From NCBI GenBank assembly GCA_044221725.1, contig JBGAON010000001.1, positions 512,001-576,000 of the forward strand: a stretch of DNA of 64,000 bases, in the 5' to 3' direction. Both the position numbers and the translations under genes were made by a program. Under the pieces are notes generated by a model, which saw nothing but the letters and a program-made list of their open reading frames with translations, was not told the origin of the DNA and made no database searches. This stretch comes from Elusimicrobiota bacterium. Lineage in GTDB: Bacteria > Elusimicrobiota > Elusimicrobia > F11. Shown piece after piece: positions 62,251 to 64,000 of the stretch (positions within the stretch are counted from its first letter, which is position 1; each line of letters begins with the position of its first letter).

Positions 62251-62727
62251 CAGCAGCAACGGATCAATGAAATAACCGTCGGGCGTAATAATTTCGAAAT
62301 GCAAATGCGGCGTGGACGCGCGCCCCGTCGCCCCTACCGTTCCGACCGGTTCGTGAGCGGCCACTTTCTGGCCCAGTTTCACCTTCACGGTTTTTAAATG
62401 CGCGTAACGCGTTTGGTATCCGTCCGCGTGGTCCAGTCGAATTTGGTTTCCGTACCCTTTGATCCATCCGACCGACATCACACGCCCCGCACGCGCTGAC
62501 AAGACGGTTTCACCCCCTTTTCTACTTTTCTGCAAATCAACACCGGTATGAAAGCTGCCACCGCGCTCGCCGAAACGCGATAATACTTTTGCGTTCGGAA
62601 GCGGATGTTGAAACGCTTCGCTTGGCTTTCTATCAACATGCCGCTGCACACGCACATGTTTTGTGATGGTGGGGCCGCACGCCGTTGAGAAAAGGACAAT
62701 CAAAAGAGCAGCGCGTCTTATGTTCAT
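62242..62727 (-). CDS. M23-family metallopeptidase lipoprotein
   Basis: Lipobox STAC; HTGVD, YAHL, TGRASTPHLHFE. Confidence 0.92.
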   Translation of the reverse strand: MNIRRAALLIVLFSTACGPTITKHVRVQRHVDRKPSEAFQHPLPNAKVLSRFGERGGSFHTGVDLQKSRKGGETVLSARAGRVMSVGWIKGYGNQIRLDHADGYQTRYAHLKTVKVKLGQKVAAHEPVGTVGATGRASTPHLHFEIITPDGYFIDPLLLLP

Positions 62728-62800
62728 GCGCTTATTTGATAAATTCCCGCCGACGTTAGCTATGCAGATAGGTGCCGCGCTGCGGCACTCTTTGGAAATC

Positions 62801-62883
62801 GGGCATGTGGCGGAATGGCAGACGCAACGGACTTAAAATCCGTTTCTCTTCGGAGAGTGTGGGTTCGACTCCCTCCATGCCCA
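62801..62883 (+). tRNA. tRNA-Leu (anticodon TAA), CCA not encoded
   Basis: Acceptor GGGCATG/CATGCCC, D arm GCGGAATGGCAGACGC, anticodon arm ACGGA-CTTAAAA-TCCGT, long variable arm, GTTCGACT T-loop. Confidence 0.97.
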
Positions 62884-62984
62884 TTTTGGAATATGTGATT
62901 CCTTCTATCTAGCTGCCAAATTCCTATTGAAATAAATTTGGTGGTGGATAAGCTCAACTGGTGTCTTATCAGGAGGAATTCAAT

Positions 62985-63443
62985 ATGAAAAAAATAGTTC
63001 CTTTGTTTATTCTGCTTTTTTTAGCGTCCGGCATAGTGAAAGCTGGTGGCCCACCGCCACCACCGAAACTAAGAACCCTTAAAGGAAATATTCACTTGAT
63101 TTGGGGCGATCCAAAAAGGGGCAACCAAATTCCTGTTGGAAACGTTCCAGGAAGTCCGGCAACGAGAAACCCGTTGGTAGTTTCTGCCGTCATTGAAGGA
63201 ACTTTCGTTGCTATTGCATTTGGTGAAACAAGTGATCCGGGAGGAATCTTGCCTTTCAACAAAGAAGTTATGGACGGTACGGGGATACTCACATTTAGTG
63301 CGACGAGAGTTGTTTCAAATACGACGTATTCATGCAAAGCGGATCTGCCGGTTGCAGAAGGTGATCAAGATTATGGCGAAGTTGAATGCGTTCTTGATCG
63401 ACACACAAAGGTCAGGAGAGGAACAACCCCACAAGAAGAGTAA
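62985..63443 (+). CDS. Small secreted hypothetical protein (AT-richer)
   Basis: AGGAGG SD, TTGAAA-16-TAAGCT promoter (62927-62954), signal MKKIVPLFILLFLASGIVKA, poly-Pro, two Cys. Confidence 0.7.
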   Translation: MKKIVPLFILLFLASGIVKAGGPPPPPKLRTLKGNIHLIWGDPKRGNQIPVGNVPGSPATRNPLVVSAVIEGTFVAIAFGETSDPGGILPFNKEVMDGTGILTFSATRVVSNTTYSCKADLPVAEGDQDYGEVECVLDRHTKVRRGTTPQEE

Positions 63444-63474
63444 AAAATATAGAGTCAATCCATCGCGATAAATC

Positions 63475-63520
63475 AGAGAGGGGCGGGGACCTAGATAAAT
63501 CCAGGTCTTCGCCCCTTTCT
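63475..63520. terminator. Probable bidirectional terminator hairpin
   Basis: AGAGAGGGGCGGGGACCTAGAT / ATCCAGGTCTTCGCCCCTTTCT between convergent genes. Confidence 0.65.
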
Positions 63521-63545
63521 AATTTTCTAGGGCATAATTCCCTCA

Positions 63546-64000
63546 TTAAGGAATAATTATTTTCATTCCTTGCTTGAGGTCGGTCGGGTCTTCCATTAAA
63601 TGTTTGTTCGCTGCGTAGATGGCGTGCCAGCGGCTTTTATCGCCGAGTTCGTTTTTTGCAATCGATCCGAGGTTGTCCCCTTCTTTGACCACGTAAACAC
63701 GACTCTGTGCCGTGCGAACGGGCAAGGTAATTGTGGGCTTGTTCGCGATGGCAACATTGGCATCCTGTTTGGCTGATGAAAGAGATGTGTTTGGTTCTTT
63801 TTGCACAAAGCTTTCAGCTTTTGACCGGGCCCCGAATTGCATTCCGACGCTCACCGTGTGGCGGCCGCTTAATTCATTTAGCATGCCGAACGAATAATCG
63901 AGAGAGAAACGGTCCAGCGCGAAACCGGCACCGAGAGTCATTTCTTTTACGTTGCTTCCCGAACGATACCCGCCTCGTAACGCGAGCGGACCAACAAGTG
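63546..64000 (-). CDS. C-terminal part of a PorV/FadL-like barrel fused to LysM (barrel 4), partial
   Basis: LALRGGYRSG..TLGAGF..FSLDYSF..LSGRHTVSVGMQFG, then YVVKEGDNLGSIAK...WHAIYAANK...LKQGMKIIIP. Confidence 0.8.
   Translation of the reverse strand, partial: LVGPLALRGGYRSGSNVKEMTLGAGFALDRFSLDYSFGMLNELSGRHTVSVGMQFGARSKAESFVQKEPNTSLSSAKQDANVAIANKPTITLPVRTAQSRVYVVKEGDNLGSIAKNELGDKSRWHAIYAANKHLMEDPTDLKQGMKIIIP

Noticed and set aside
62762..62778. Sigma54-like motif upstream of the M23 gene
   Set aside because: Spacing is GG-N9-GC, not the required N10.

Overview
Chromosomal window from a diderm bacterium. The gene content (many PorV/FadL-like barrels paired with T9SS-type C-terminal-domain proteins, a TIGR03545/TIGR03546 pair) suggests Elusimicrobiota or a related lineage; this is inference and was not tested. 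The housekeeping backbone comprises uppP, MoxR-DUF58-transglutaminase, mutS-mutL, ileS-lspA-lgt-RluA-gmk, thyA-folA, pilT, mrp, ABC transporter parts and tRNA-Leu(TAA). No prophage, IS, CRISPR or rRNA was seen. The most notable feature is a repeated module: a secreted protein with a T9SS type-A-like CTD is translationally coupled (4-bp overlap) to its own PorV-like barrel. It occurs three times, and a fourth barrel is cut by the window end. The barrels carry different C-terminal extensions (TPR; none; FecR+coiled coil+OmpA; LysM). One module is co-transcribed with a histidine kinase next to a response regulator and a FeeM-like acyl-amino-acid synthase. One cargo is out of frame at a T9 tract in its signal-peptide region. 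Other oddities are an intact but catalytically dead PilB/GspE-like ATPase, a probable CTG start for ileS, a composite REP-like palindrome array, several apparently leaderless genes, and paired sigma54-like motifs. All family calls come from motif recognition by eye; no database searches were run.
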